IMG/VR virus record: IMGVR_UViG_3300027833_000050
Location: 1-61,681 of that record
Origin: a virus
Lineage: Duplodnaviria > Caudoviricetes
Strand: one strand, 5' to 3'
Length of the DNA stretch: 61,681 nucleotides
The notes beneath the pieces were generated by a model. That model was not told where the DNA came from, did no database searches, and saw nothing but the letters and a program-made list of their open reading frames with translations. Of this stretch, positions 16,428-27,100 are shown piece after piece (the stretch's first letter is position 1; each line of letters begins with the position of its first letter). A program made the translations under genes and the position numbers.

Positions 16428-18188
16428 ATGGCAGATTTGTCACCAGTAACAAACTTAGACTTCAATGAAACTAAGGAAGCACTCAAGACTTTTCTAAAGA
16501 ATCAAGGTCGATTCAAAGACTTTGATTACGAAGGGTCGAATATGAATGTGCTTCTTGATGTTCTATCGTATAACACATTCTATAATAACTATTACTATAA
16601 CATGGCCATCTCAGAGATGTTCCTTGATAGTGCTAGCCAGAGAAACAGTGTATTGAGTCATGCTAAGGAATTAAACTACCTACCTACAAGTAGAAGAAGT
16701 TCAGCAACGAAAGCAACGATTAGTATTACAGCCGCTAATCTAGATAGTAACTATTTCACAATACCTGCTAATCGTGCATTCATTGGTCGCTGTGGTAACA
16801 AGACATATAACTTCCTTACTGATAAAGCATACAATGCTGTACGATCTGTCACAGACGATACCTTATACACTATAACAGATGTTGATCTGTACGAAGGCCG
16901 TATGATCGAAGAAACATTATCGACTGCTGATACTACACTATCAAATGAAGGTATTGATACACGAAGCCTAACATTAACTGTCAACGGTATTACCTATACA
17001 TATCGTGCCGATATCTTTGGTGTAACAGAGACTGATAAAGTATTCTATCTACAGCCCGAGAATGACGGAAAGTACTCTATACAGTTTGGACAGAATAAGT
17101 TTGGTGTACAACCCACGATCACTGATTCAATCGTAGCGAAGTATAGAGTAAGTAATGGCCCTTCAGCAAATGGTGTGTCCTCTTTAACGAGTGGCAACTT
17201 TGGCGGCTCTTCATCGATCACAGTGAGTGTAACAACAAATACAAGTGGCGGCTCGCTGGCGGAAGACATTGAGTCGATTCGAACTTTTGCTCCGAAAGCA
17301 CTTCAGGTCCAAGAAAGAGCAGTCACGAAACGAGATTACGAGACTCTGCTTCGTGCTAGATTCCCGAACATTCAAGCGATATCTGTATATGGTGGTGATG
17401 AAGTTTCACCCCCACAATTTGGTAAAGTCATTATCTCAGTTGATGTGACTGGTGGTGAAGGTGCGGCTGATTACGAGATTGCTAACTTCAGATCATATCT
17501 ACGAGATAAGACTCCGCTTACAATTGAGCCAGTGTTTGTTGTTGCGAAGTTCTTGTTTGTTGATACAGTGGTTAGAGTAGTTTATGATTCTACTGCTACA
17601 AGCAAGAGCGCATCTCAGATTCAGAGCGAGGTTGTTGCTGGTATTGATAGTTATCAGACCACGAACTTAAACGACTTTAATAAGACACTTCGCCAATCAC
17701 GACTAGCGGCATTCTTAGATTCAATTGATGGATCGATTGTGTCTTCTGATATTGTAGCCAAGCCTATCATTGAGTATGTCCCTACACTAAACTTTGCGAC
17801 TAGTCCATCGTTCTCATTTGAGTCTCAGCTAGTACAGCCATATCCGTTTGATGTCACATTAGGATTCACGGCATTCAAGCCTGCTGTAGAGTCTACTAAG
17901 TTTACTGTAGAGAATACACTTGTAACAGCAAAAGATGACGGTAATGGTAATATCATGCTTGTGACTGCAAACACAGATCAAGAAAGTGTGTTTAAGCCTT
18001 CGGTAGGTACTATTAATTATACTACAGGTGCTGTTAAGTTGTCAAATCTTAGCGTAAGTTCTTTCTTGAATAAAGCAATTAAGTTTACTGCTAACACAGT
18101 GAATAAAGATATTAAGCCACCTAAGGATCGTATTCTTATGATTCGTGGTGAAGATGTAACAGTAACTGTAAGTCCATTGGAATCATAA
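16428..18188 (+). CDS. gp6: baseplate wedge gp6
   Basis: LDFN..K..LK.FL, FKDFDYEGSNMNVLLDVLSYNT, EMFLDSA..RNSVLSHAKELNY.P, QERAVT..DYE. Confidence 0.95.
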   Translation: MADLSPVTNLDFNETKEALKTFLKNQGRFKDFDYEGSNMNVLLDVLSYNTFYNNYYYNMAISEMFLDSASQRNSVLSHAKELNYLPTSRRSSATKATISITAANLDSNYFTIPANRAFIGRCGNKTYNFLTDKAYNAVRSVTDDTLYTITDVDLYEGRMIEETLSTADTTLSNEGIDTRSLTLTVNGITYTYRADIFGVTETDKVFYLQPENDGKYSIQFGQNKFGVQPTITDSIVAKYRVSNGPSANGVSSLTSGNFGGSSSITVSVTTNTSGGSLAEDIESIRTFAPKALQVQERAVTKRDYETLLRARFPNIQAISVYGGDEVSPPQFGKVIISVDVTGGEGAADYEIANFRSYLRDKTPLTIEPVFVVAKFLFVDTVVRVVYDSTATSKSASQIQSEVVAGIDSYQTTNLNDFNKTLRQSRLAAFLDSIDGSIVSSDIVAKPIIEYVPTLNFATSPSFSFESQLVQPYPFDVTLGFTAFKPAVESTKFTVENTLVTAKDDGNGNIMLVTANTDQESVFKPSVGTINYTTGAVKLSNLSVSSFLNKAIKFTANTVNKDIKPPKDRILMIRGEDVTVTVSPLES

Positions 18189-18189
18189 T

Positions 18190-21100
18190 ATGCCCGTTAC
18201 GATACGAGATAGCATCTACTCAGGAATAGCAGAACAGTTTCCTGACATCTACAAGGAACAAGGAGATTTTCTTGTAGAGTTTATTCAGGCTTATTATCAG
18301 CATAATGATGAGAAGATGGATCGTGACATACCAAAACTCAAGGATATCGATACCACACTTACTACATTCCTTGTCTACTATAAGAAGAAGTATCTAGCTG
18401 ATCTCCCTCTTGACACTGCACTTGATATTCGATTTATCATTAAGCATATTCAAGATATGTACAAGAGAAAAGGTACACAAGAGAGTCTTGAGTTGCTATT
18501 CAGATTATTCTTTGATCAAGATATTGAAGTGTTCTATCCGAGTACTGCTATACTAAGACCATCTGATTCTGTTTGGGGCGGTGATGTTTATCTAGAGATG
18601 TTACCTGTCTATTCAGTAGATGAGTATCCTATATCAAGAGGAGATAGAATACGAGGCGATATATCTCTTTCTTCTGCATTTGTCGATGAAGTGTTGTTTG
18701 TAAACTTTAATGGAGCATTATCTCCTATTCTCTATCTATCAAATATAGCTGGCTCTTTCTCTTCTGACGATTCGATTGAGATTGTGACAACAAACAGTAG
18801 TGGGATTGAGACTGCTACCAATGTGGGTAAGTTGATATCAGGATCGATTAATGAAGTAAATGTTAATACAATTAATAGAATTGCTAATCAGAAAGTTGGT
18901 GATAAGGTCAAGATAAAGTCTAGCATCAGTGGTCTTGATGGCGAAGGTAGAGTGTCTAAAACTTCTCAGACAGAGACTGGTGAAATTAACTTCACTATTA
19001 GAGATGGCGGGTTTGGCTATGTTGATCCAGCATCTGTCACAGCTTCGAATGATATTGGCATCAGTAATCAAGTACTGATTATCGATTCAGCAAATGTGCC
19101 TGGTGCGTCTGGCTATGTTGATATTCGGAAAGGCGATGTATTAGTAACATCGGGTGTACCTATTACATATGATGGCTCGACCTCTACAACAAATGTTACA
19201 ACTCAATTAGTTTCAGGTCAAAGGTATAGAATAGTATCAAAAGGTAATACGAGTGATGCTGAGTGGACTAATCTAGGTGCTGATGCTTCTCCTGTAGAGG
19301 GTGAGGTGTTTGTCGCTTCTGGCGCTCAATTTATGGTAGACGGTTCATCACCATTATCTGGAGTGGGAAATGGTACAGTAGGACCAGAGCAATTCACAAT
19401 GAATGGATCTGTAAGAGTTATCGAATATAGGCATCCACTCATATTTGTTCAATCTAATACCGCTAAAGAAGTATATGACTTCGGCACTATTGTAATTCCT
19501 GGTGTAGCTAATGCGTTAGGTGCGGCCATTACCAATATAATATCTCCTGGCACTTTTGCTATTCCAGAAGCATTTTCACATTACACTAGAAATTTAACTA
19601 GACCCAACAATTTCTCTTCCTCTGACGACTTTGTTGCTAATTTCGATTCAAGCGTTCCCGTACCAAGAGTTAGTAGCGTAGACAGTGAAATACTTGCTGA
19701 TTATTTAACCGCCGTTGCGTCAAATGTTTACACTGATGTTGGACAAAATCAAAAGCTACCTGGTATTGCTCCTAATTTGCCATCTGGGCCTCAGTCTTAC
19801 GCAACAGCTTTGTACGGAATATATTCTATGTATAGTAAGTTTGGAATATATCCAGGATTTCAAGCCACTGCTAGACCTATACTGTCACAGTTAAATCTCA
19901 GTAGCAACTCTATTGGAAATCAAGCTGGTACCGCTATCGACTTTCCTTCTGTGACTAATCCTTCATTCTCTGTTTGGCGAATAAGAGATGATATCTTGGT
20001 GACCACACTGGGAAACTATGAATTTTCTATTAAGTCTCTTGGTGCAATTAACGCTTCTGCCAAATTCGATATAGGAACATTGACGAATGTAGAGACAGTG
20101 AGTTTGGTTACAGATCAGATTGGTGACTTTTTAACTACTGTGATCGATCCTAACAATAACAATCAAGGAGATGTGGGAGAAGATTATCAGATGTCTGGCC
20201 CAGGAGCTGAGAACTACGATACTTCTCTTGCAGATGCTTTCTCAGCAATTACCTTGAAAATAGGCACCATCGATTCTTTGAATATATCTTCAACCGGTAC
20301 TGCTTATCAGAACGATGTTAAGACTCTATTAGTTCATGATAACATAGCTAAGTTCAATAAGAAAGATATCATCATCACATTTGACAGCGTAGATTTCTTT
20401 TTGGATGCTGGAGATACTATAACTCAAGCGAGAACTATACCTGATATCGATATAAATCAAGCAGGCAATATAAGTGAATCAGCACTAGAAGCTTTAGGAA
20501 CAAGTACTGTAGGCGCAGGATATGCAGAGAGTTCTACATCATTTGCATTTACGCCTGGCGGCACAATAGAATACACATCTAAAGCTAAATTCTTAAAGAG
20601 GTCTGGAAACGATTTATATTTCAGACCAATAAGCTTCCATGGATTTGACACATCTCTTCCCATTAAGGTATCTAATTTAGATAGATCAGTCACAACTATC
20701 ATAGACGATGTAGACTCTTTGCCTATGGGATCAAATGCGGAAATTGACGGCGTAGCTTCTTTTCAAACTGGACAAATAGATGAAGTGTCTATTATTAAGA
20801 CTGGTTATAGATACACAGATAACGAGTCTGTTGAGATAGTAAACCTAGAAACCGATAGTGCTTATTATAACCAGACTGTTGCGACTGCTAATCTCAGAGT
20901 ATTAGGACAAGGTAAGACTGAAGGTAAATGGAAATCAAAGACTTCTTTTATAAGTGATAGCGGCATGAAGATACATGATAATGACTACTATCAGGAATAC
21001 TCCTATGATGTATCTTCTATTGTTGATCCTGCTGTCTATACACCATTGATTGATGAGACAGTGGGCGTAGCAGGGACAAAGTTGTTCAGCACGCCCTTGA

Positions 21101-21255
21101 TAAATAGTATTAATAATTTAGAGTCTTCTCTGAATATAGAGTTCTCATTCTTCGAGACTACTATACAGCAGTATATCACAACAGACGGAGAGGACTATAC
21201 AGCAGAGTCTGGCGATAAACTTGTCGCACAAGTATCAGGAGTTTATACAGCATAA
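18190..21255 (+). CDS. gp7: baseplate wedge gp7-like protein
   Basis: QFP....F.EFI.AYY, YKRKGT.ESLELLFRLFF, C-terminal KIHDNDYYQEYSY; follows gp6. Confidence 0.75.
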   Translation: MPVTIRDSIYSGIAEQFPDIYKEQGDFLVEFIQAYYQHNDEKMDRDIPKLKDIDTTLTTFLVYYKKKYLADLPLDTALDIRFIIKHIQDMYKRKGTQESLELLFRLFFDQDIEVFYPSTAILRPSDSVWGGDVYLEMLPVYSVDEYPISRGDRIRGDISLSSAFVDEVLFVNFNGALSPILYLSNIAGSFSSDDSIEIVTTNSSGIETATNVGKLISGSINEVNVNTINRIANQKVGDKVKIKSSISGLDGEGRVSKTSQTETGEINFTIRDGGFGYVDPASVTASNDIGISNQVLIIDSANVPGASGYVDIRKGDVLVTSGVPITYDGSTSTTNVTTQLVSGQRYRIVSKGNTSDAEWTNLGADASPVEGEVFVASGAQFMVDGSSPLSGVGNGTVGPEQFTMNGSVRVIEYRHPLIFVQSNTAKEVYDFGTIVIPGVANALGAAITNIISPGTFAIPEAFSHYTRNLTRPNNFSSSDDFVANFDSSVPVPRVSSVDSEILADYLTAVASNVYTDVGQNQKLPGIAPNLPSGPQSYATALYGIYSMYSKFGIYPGFQATARPILSQLNLSSNSIGNQAGTAIDFPSVTNPSFSVWRIRDDILVTTLGNYEFSIKSLGAINASAKFDIGTLTNVETVSLVTDQIGDFLTTVIDPNNNNQGDVGEDYQMSGPGAENYDTSLADAFSAITLKIGTIDSLNISSTGTAYQNDVKTLLVHDNIAKFNKKDIIITFDSVDFFLDAGDTITQARTIPDIDINQAGNISESALEALGTSTVGAGYAESSTSFAFTPGGTIEYTSKAKFLKRSGNDLYFRPISFHGFDTSLPIKVSNLDRSVTTIIDDVDSLPMGSNAEIDGVASFQTGQIDEVSIIKTGYRYTDNESVEIVNLETDSAYYNQTVATANLRVLGQGKTEGKWKSKTSFISDSGMKIHDNDYYQEYSYDVSSIVDPAVYTPLIDETVGVAGTKLFSTPLINSINNLESSLNIEFSFFETTIQQYITTDGEDYTAESGDKLVAQVSGVYTA

Positions 21256-22115
21256 TGGCTACATTGAGAATTACAAGTGATGGAGATCCTTATCCTGCGA
21301 AAGCTGGAGGAGATACTAGCGGTTTAAATCCACCAACCAATGTTGGTGTTCGAACCTTTTTAGATGGAATCACGATACAGGATCAGAGTCATGACTTCAC
21401 TATAAAATATAGGGCTGGAAGTAATACCAGTGATCCGCAGGATGTGACATTAACTGGTCCTATAGGAATCACCACAAATGGTGTGGTCATTTACTCTGCA
21501 GGCTCAAGTAGTAGTACTTTACCATTGTCGGCTGTTGGAGCGCCCAATAACTTTACATGGAATGAAGCGCAAATAGTGAATGAATATAGACCAGACTTGT
21601 GTGGCGGTAGACCAGAAACTGGAGGAGAATATAGATATAGAAGTGGTGCATTCTATACGAATGGAATGGTAGGTAACACTGTGTTTACAGCCTCTAATGA
21701 CTATTATAATCTTAATAGCTTTGGCAGTGAGAAGATGAGACACGCTGATGGACACTCGAAGCTTATAGGATTTGCGTTTGATGGATATCCCATATATGGT
21801 CCATACGGATACACAAGTGCTACTGACACATCTTCTGGTGTAGTGCAGATGACTAGTTCATATAGAACTAAACTTACAGAAGCAAGTGGAAGAGGCTTTA
21901 CGTACGGACAAATAATTGAAGGATCGTTCATAGAGGACTTTGAGTATATTGCTACTCTCGGCACTTTAGATGAGCATAACGGAAGATATTGTAAAACTCC
22001 TGACTACGCTACGGGAACATACGCATATTTTTTAACATTCTCAGATCAACAATTTAATAACCCTGCATATCCATATATCATAGGTCCTAAAACTAGAGAG
22101 CAACGCTCAGTTTAA
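21255..22115 (+). CDS. YHYH-domain-like protein
   Basis: GPIGITTNGV, D.CGG.P..GEYRY, HSKLIGFAFDGYPIYGPYG, LDEHNGR...TPDY..GTYAYF. Confidence 0.8.
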   Translation: MATLRITSDGDPYPAKAGGDTSGLNPPTNVGVRTFLDGITIQDQSHDFTIKYRAGSNTSDPQDVTLTGPIGITTNGVVIYSAGSSSSTLPLSAVGAPNNFTWNEAQIVNEYRPDLCGGRPETGGEYRYRSGAFYTNGMVGNTVFTASNDYYNLNSFGSEKMRHADGHSKLIGFAFDGYPIYGPYGYTSATDTSSGVVQMTSSYRTKLTEASGRGFTYGQIIEGSFIEDFEYIATLGTLDEHNGRYCKTPDYATGTYAYFLTFSDQQFNNPAYPYIIGPKTREQRSV

Positions 22116-22133
22116 TAACTACGGAAAAGAATA

Positions 22134-24152
22134 ATGGCAAAGATTATAACAGAAAATTTTAAAATTGAGACGACTAATGAGTTGTTCAGTTCTTTCGAGA
22201 ATAAGAATGCCACGCTTGGCGCTAATTTCTTGACTCAACTTCAATCATACGATACTGACAATTCCAGTATAGATTTGTCTTTGACAAACTCCAGTGGCGC
22301 TAGACATGATAGCGCAATAAAGACTCTAGTAGATAATCAACTTTCTATATCGAGACCAGAAGCAAACTATTATATAGTTGCCTCTACATCATTGGCTTCT
22401 ATTTCCGGAGTTCCATCTATATCTAATACGCAGAAATCTAAACGAGAATTTCAAAGAAAAGTTATTTTCGGTAACAAGATAGGTGATACATCTGCAAGAT
22501 ATATGTTCTATCAAAACTCTTGGATATCAGGCACAGTTTACGATGCTTTTGATGACACAAAAGATGTTGAAGATATGAATATGTTTGTAACAATACAAAA
22601 TGATGAAAACGATTATATAGTGTTCAAGTGCATAGAGAACAATAATGGTGCGCCATCGACAGTTAGTCCTCAAACAGTGATCGAATCATTTGCCACAGTC
22701 GATTACCAATCAATCGAAACTAGTGACAAGTATATATGGCATTATATGTTTACGGTCAGTTCTGGTGAAGCTGACATATATAAAACATCTGATAGTTTGC
22801 CTTTACCTTCAGAGTATGGAGATGCAGATGTAATAGCAAACGCAAAAGAAAGCATCTCACAGATTGCCGTTGAAACTACGCCTACTGGACAGTTTAATCA
22901 GTATTTGTTTGGTGAAGCAACTACGATAGCAAATTCCTCTGATGTTCTTATTAAGTCTACATCTGTTGTTGGAGACAAATTAAACATAATACTGGGCGTT
23001 ACTAACAAAGTGGGCAGAACCCTATACAATGATTCGGATGCTTACAAATATATGTACTTTAGGTCTGCTAGTGGAGCAACTCAAGGAAAGCTTTATGATG
23101 TTATAGCCTCTACATCTAATAATGCAGATAAGGAAATAACTATTACACTAAAAACTAGTGACACTATATCAGGCTCTTCTGGTCAGCTAGTTCCCAAGAT
23201 AGCTGTTACCTCTAGCACCCTAGAAGGAACTAGAGCCAAGGCTTACGGAATTATAGATCAGTTCGGAACACTAAAAAGAATTGCGTTTGAAACTAAGGGT
23301 ACTCAGTATAAGTTCGCTACCGCTCAAGTAGTCTATCCTAAGAGTCTGACTGCTCCTGGAATAACAACATTAAGAGTTATAGTTTCTTCAAAAGGCGGTC
23401 ATGGATCTAGTCCTATTAACGAGATGGCAATGAGTAGATTGGCTATCGTGACTAACTTCACAGGAGAATCGGTTACTATTCCTGATAGTAACACATACAC
23501 TCAAGTTGGACTAATTAAGAATCCGACATTTACAGATTCTGCAACTGGCAACTCATCTATTCCCGCATCATTCGATAATAGAGTTGTCGTGAGCGTACCA
23601 GGAAATGTAACATCTGATGCTGTAGCGAATAAATATATTGAACAGTATCTCAGAGTTGTAGATGTCAAAGATATGGTAGACGGAGAGAAGTATGTGATAA
23701 ACAGCCTAGGTAATACTTCTAATACTGAGTGGACTGACTTAGGAGTTTCTTCTGGAAATGTAAAGCCAGGACAAGCTTTCACTTCACAAAACACTTCTGC
23801 TGTAGGATCAACTAAAACTGGAACAGTTACTGTCGTAGTAGACAATTTATCTGATGATCACGATGAAGAGATTGTGACAGCTAAGATACATGAGTCTAAG
23901 GTAAATGGTGCAAATACAGATATTTATCTAGTAGATTATTATGGAGATTTTGAGAGTAAGCTACAAGAAGGAAATATTAGAATAAAAAATTCGCCGAACG
24001 CTACCACTGCCACTACAGTAAGTATAAATAGTACTATCACTTATGGATCATATGATCCGTATACTGGAGAACTTCTTCACTTTATAGACTTTTCTCCTAT
24101 TACTAGAGTAGAGAACAGACGAGAAAAAGTAAAGTTCACATTTGACTTTTAA
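22134..24152 (+). CDS. gp8: baseplate wedge gp8-like protein
   Basis: W.SGTVYD.FDD, VFKCIENNNG.PST..P, D.YIWHYMFTV, GGHG, GLIKNP, TGELL..D..PI.R...R.EK. Confidence 0.78.
   Translation: MAKIITENFKIETTNELFSSFENKNATLGANFLTQLQSYDTDNSSIDLSLTNSSGARHDSAIKTLVDNQLSISRPEANYYIVASTSLASISGVPSISNTQKSKREFQRKVIFGNKIGDTSARYMFYQNSWISGTVYDAFDDTKDVEDMNMFVTIQNDENDYIVFKCIENNNGAPSTVSPQTVIESFATVDYQSIETSDKYIWHYMFTVSSGEADIYKTSDSLPLPSEYGDADVIANAKESISQIAVETTPTGQFNQYLFGEATTIANSSDVLIKSTSVVGDKLNIILGVTNKVGRTLYNDSDAYKYMYFRSASGATQGKLYDVIASTSNNADKEITITLKTSDTISGSSGQLVPKIAVTSSTLEGTRAKAYGIIDQFGTLKRIAFETKGTQYKFATAQVVYPKSLTAPGITTLRVIVSSKGGHGSSPINEMAMSRLAIVTNFTGESVTIPDSNTYTQVGLIKNPTFTDSATGNSSIPASFDNRVVVSVPGNVTSDAVANKYIEQYLRVVDVKDMVDGEKYVINSLGNTSNTEWTDLGVSSGNVKPGQAFTSQNTSAVGSTKTGTVTVVVDNLSDDHDEEIVTAKIHESKVNGANTDIYLVDYYGDFESKLQEGNIRIKNSPNATTATTVSINSTITYGSYDPYTGELLHFIDFSPITRVENRREKVKFTFDF
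24023..24030 (+). promoter_or_regulatory. T4-type late promoter upstream of the 1813-aa gene
   Basis: TATAAATA about 140 nt before the ATG at 24171. Confidence 0.6.
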
Positions 24153-24170
24153 GGAAAGAGTATATAGCCC

Positions 24171-27100
24171 ATGGGTATTAACACCGATTTAAATGTAGAT
24201 CCGTATTACGATGATTTCGATGAAGCGAAACAGTTCAACCGTGTTTTGTTCAAGCCGGCAAAGGCTGTTCAAGCAAGAGAACTGACTCAACTTCAATCGA
24301 TTTTGCAAAAGCAAGTTGAGAGATTTGGCTCTAATATATACAAAGAGGGCACAATCATTAGCGGTATTAACTTAACCGCCAGGCAAGACCTGAACTATGT
24401 GAAGTTGAATGATCAGGCAGGATTTAATGATCCGTCAATCTATGATCAAGTTGTTGGTTCTGATGGAACTACAACTACCTTCACAGTTACGGGTCAGACA
24501 TCTGGACTAAAGGCTGAGATAATTAAGGGTCAAGGTGGCTTTCAGACTCAAGATCCAGACCTAAAGACTTTCTTTGTTAAGTATTTGAATACTACACAAG
24601 ATAACGCTACTGATGTTAAAGAGTTTCTTCAAGGCGAAGTACTTCAGGTTAAGAACTCGACAGATACTCTAGTAGCTGATGTGACTGTAGCCACCACAAC
24701 CAATCACGCAGGCAAATCATTTGGTATTTCTTGCGAAGAGGGTGTTATCTATCAGAAAGGACACTTCATTTTCGTAGATAATCAATTCATTATTGTAACT
24801 AAATATCGTAACATCCCTGGTCAAGATGCAACTGACACTAGCGTTATTAATCCCGTTTCAGTCGGCTTCACTGTTAAAGAAAATCTAATTGATTCTGATT
24901 TAGACACAACTCTTCTAGACAATGCTTCAGGATTCAACAACGAGAATGCGCCAGGAGCTGATAGACTTCAGCTTGTTCCTACACTGGTATCTTATAGCAC
25001 ATCAGCAGAGCCTACAGAGTTCTTCGCTCTTATTAGATATTCTAATGGTAAGCCTGTTCGTATTCGTGATGTCACGCAATTCAACACAGTGACTACTGAA
25101 TTAGCTAGAAGAACTTATGAAGAGTCTGGAAACTATGTAACTAATGGACTTAGAGTTACCCTTGAAAAAGAAGGAAACACAGCATTCGCTATCGTTTCTC
25201 CAGGTAAAGCCTACGTTCGAGGTCAAGAAGTTACTAATGTATCAACTACGAAACTGCCCATTTCTCCTATATCTTCAACGCAAAGTAGAACAGCACAACA
25301 CACTGGTGTTAGCTATGGACAATACTTCACCTACAGTTCTGCTCAAGCGGCAGTTGTACAAGATTACAACCTAGACGGCACGAGATACACCCTCTTTCAA
25401 GATACAGGAGGCAGCACTGCAATAGGTAGCTGTTCAGTAGCGAATGTTACTCCAGGCAAAATATTTGTATATGCAATTCAAAAAAATACAGGCAAAGAAT
25501 CTACGCCTATATTGAGAATAGGCACTACTGTGCTTACAGGCAGTGGTATGCTTAATGAAGCTTCTGCGGGATCTATGATATTCGATTCTGGTAAATCTGG
25601 AATGAGTTCTATTGCGAATGTTAGTGTAGTCAAAAGAGTGAAAGATACTTCTATCAACACTGCTTCTTTTACATTGACAGCCACAGCAACAGAAAAGCCT
25701 CTAGCCACAGACATAGTTGCTCTTGACGCTTCTGATAAGACTATGACAGCTACAGCATCAGGTTCGAACAATATATCTGTCGTGTTAACCACAACTGGTG
25801 GGGTCGCCAGTGCTCCTACGACTGTCTACTACAATGTTTTACAGACTAATGTTTCTCATGATACATTAACAGAAGAGACTGGATATGTTAAGACTGTTTA
25901 TAATGCAACTAATGGCGCTCTATTAGGAATTCCTAATGCAATCGAAATCGTTAGTGTGCAAGATAAGTTTGGGGCAACCGGCACAACAGATGTTACCTCT
26001 AAGTTTAGACTTGTGCGAAATCAAAAAGATGGATTCTATGATAGATCATTTTTGACTTTGTATTCGGGCGAAAGTTTAACTGACAACGACTTGCTCATTA
26101 GATTTAAGTACTTAAAAAGAACTTCTACTGTTGGCGGTGGATATTTAATAGCCAACAGCTATGATAATGTTACCAGCAAATACTTAGTCCACGATTACAC
26201 GACAAAGGATTTGATCGAACACGATCTACTGAACTCATATGACTTTAGACCGTATGCCACAAGCAATGTCGATCCTAGTACGGGAGCTGGCGGTGCACCA
26301 ACAGTAAACTCTTCATCGCCTGCGTCATTAGATATTACTAGAGGACTTACTCCTGCAAACGGTGCAACAGTAAGCGGTGATCAGACTTACTATATGTCTA
26401 GAATAGATAGTGTGGCATTAGACGAATACTCTAACATATTCCTACTCAAGGGCGGTGAAGACGAGAATCCTAGCCTTCCTTTCATAGGAGATAATTATGC
26501 TATCAGCCATGTTAGTGTGCCCAACAATACGGCAGACATCACAGGCGAAAACAAAATTAGTGTTCGAAGTGTCGCAAATAAAAACTACACTATGGAAGAT
26601 ATAGGTGAGATAGAGCAGAAAGTGGACGGTCTAATAGATGTAGTTTCTTTGAGTCTACTAGAGCAAGATACAGCTAGTCTTGAGATTAGGGATGGCTCTG
26701 GTGCAAATCGATTCAAAAACGGCATTCTAGCTGACTCCATTAAAGACTTAAATATCGCAGATATTCGAGATCCTGAATTTAGAGCGGCAATCGATAAAGG
26801 TAGAACTGTTGTAACTCCTGCAGTCAAGCAGTTCCCAGTAGACTTAAAAGTTGGAAGTCAGACTGGAGCTAATGTGGCTTTTCCTGATGTTGCAACGATA
26901 GCAGATACTGGCACTAAAGTAAGTATTATCACTCAGCCTTACGCAACAAACTTTAGGAACTGCGTATCAAACTTTTATAGTTATGAAGGTAAAGCTATTA
27001 TCGATCCTCCTTTCAACTCTGGATACGATGTAACTCAAAATCCGGCTGTAAATCTTGAAATAGATATTTCTGGACCAATGCTTGACCTTGTAGATAATCT

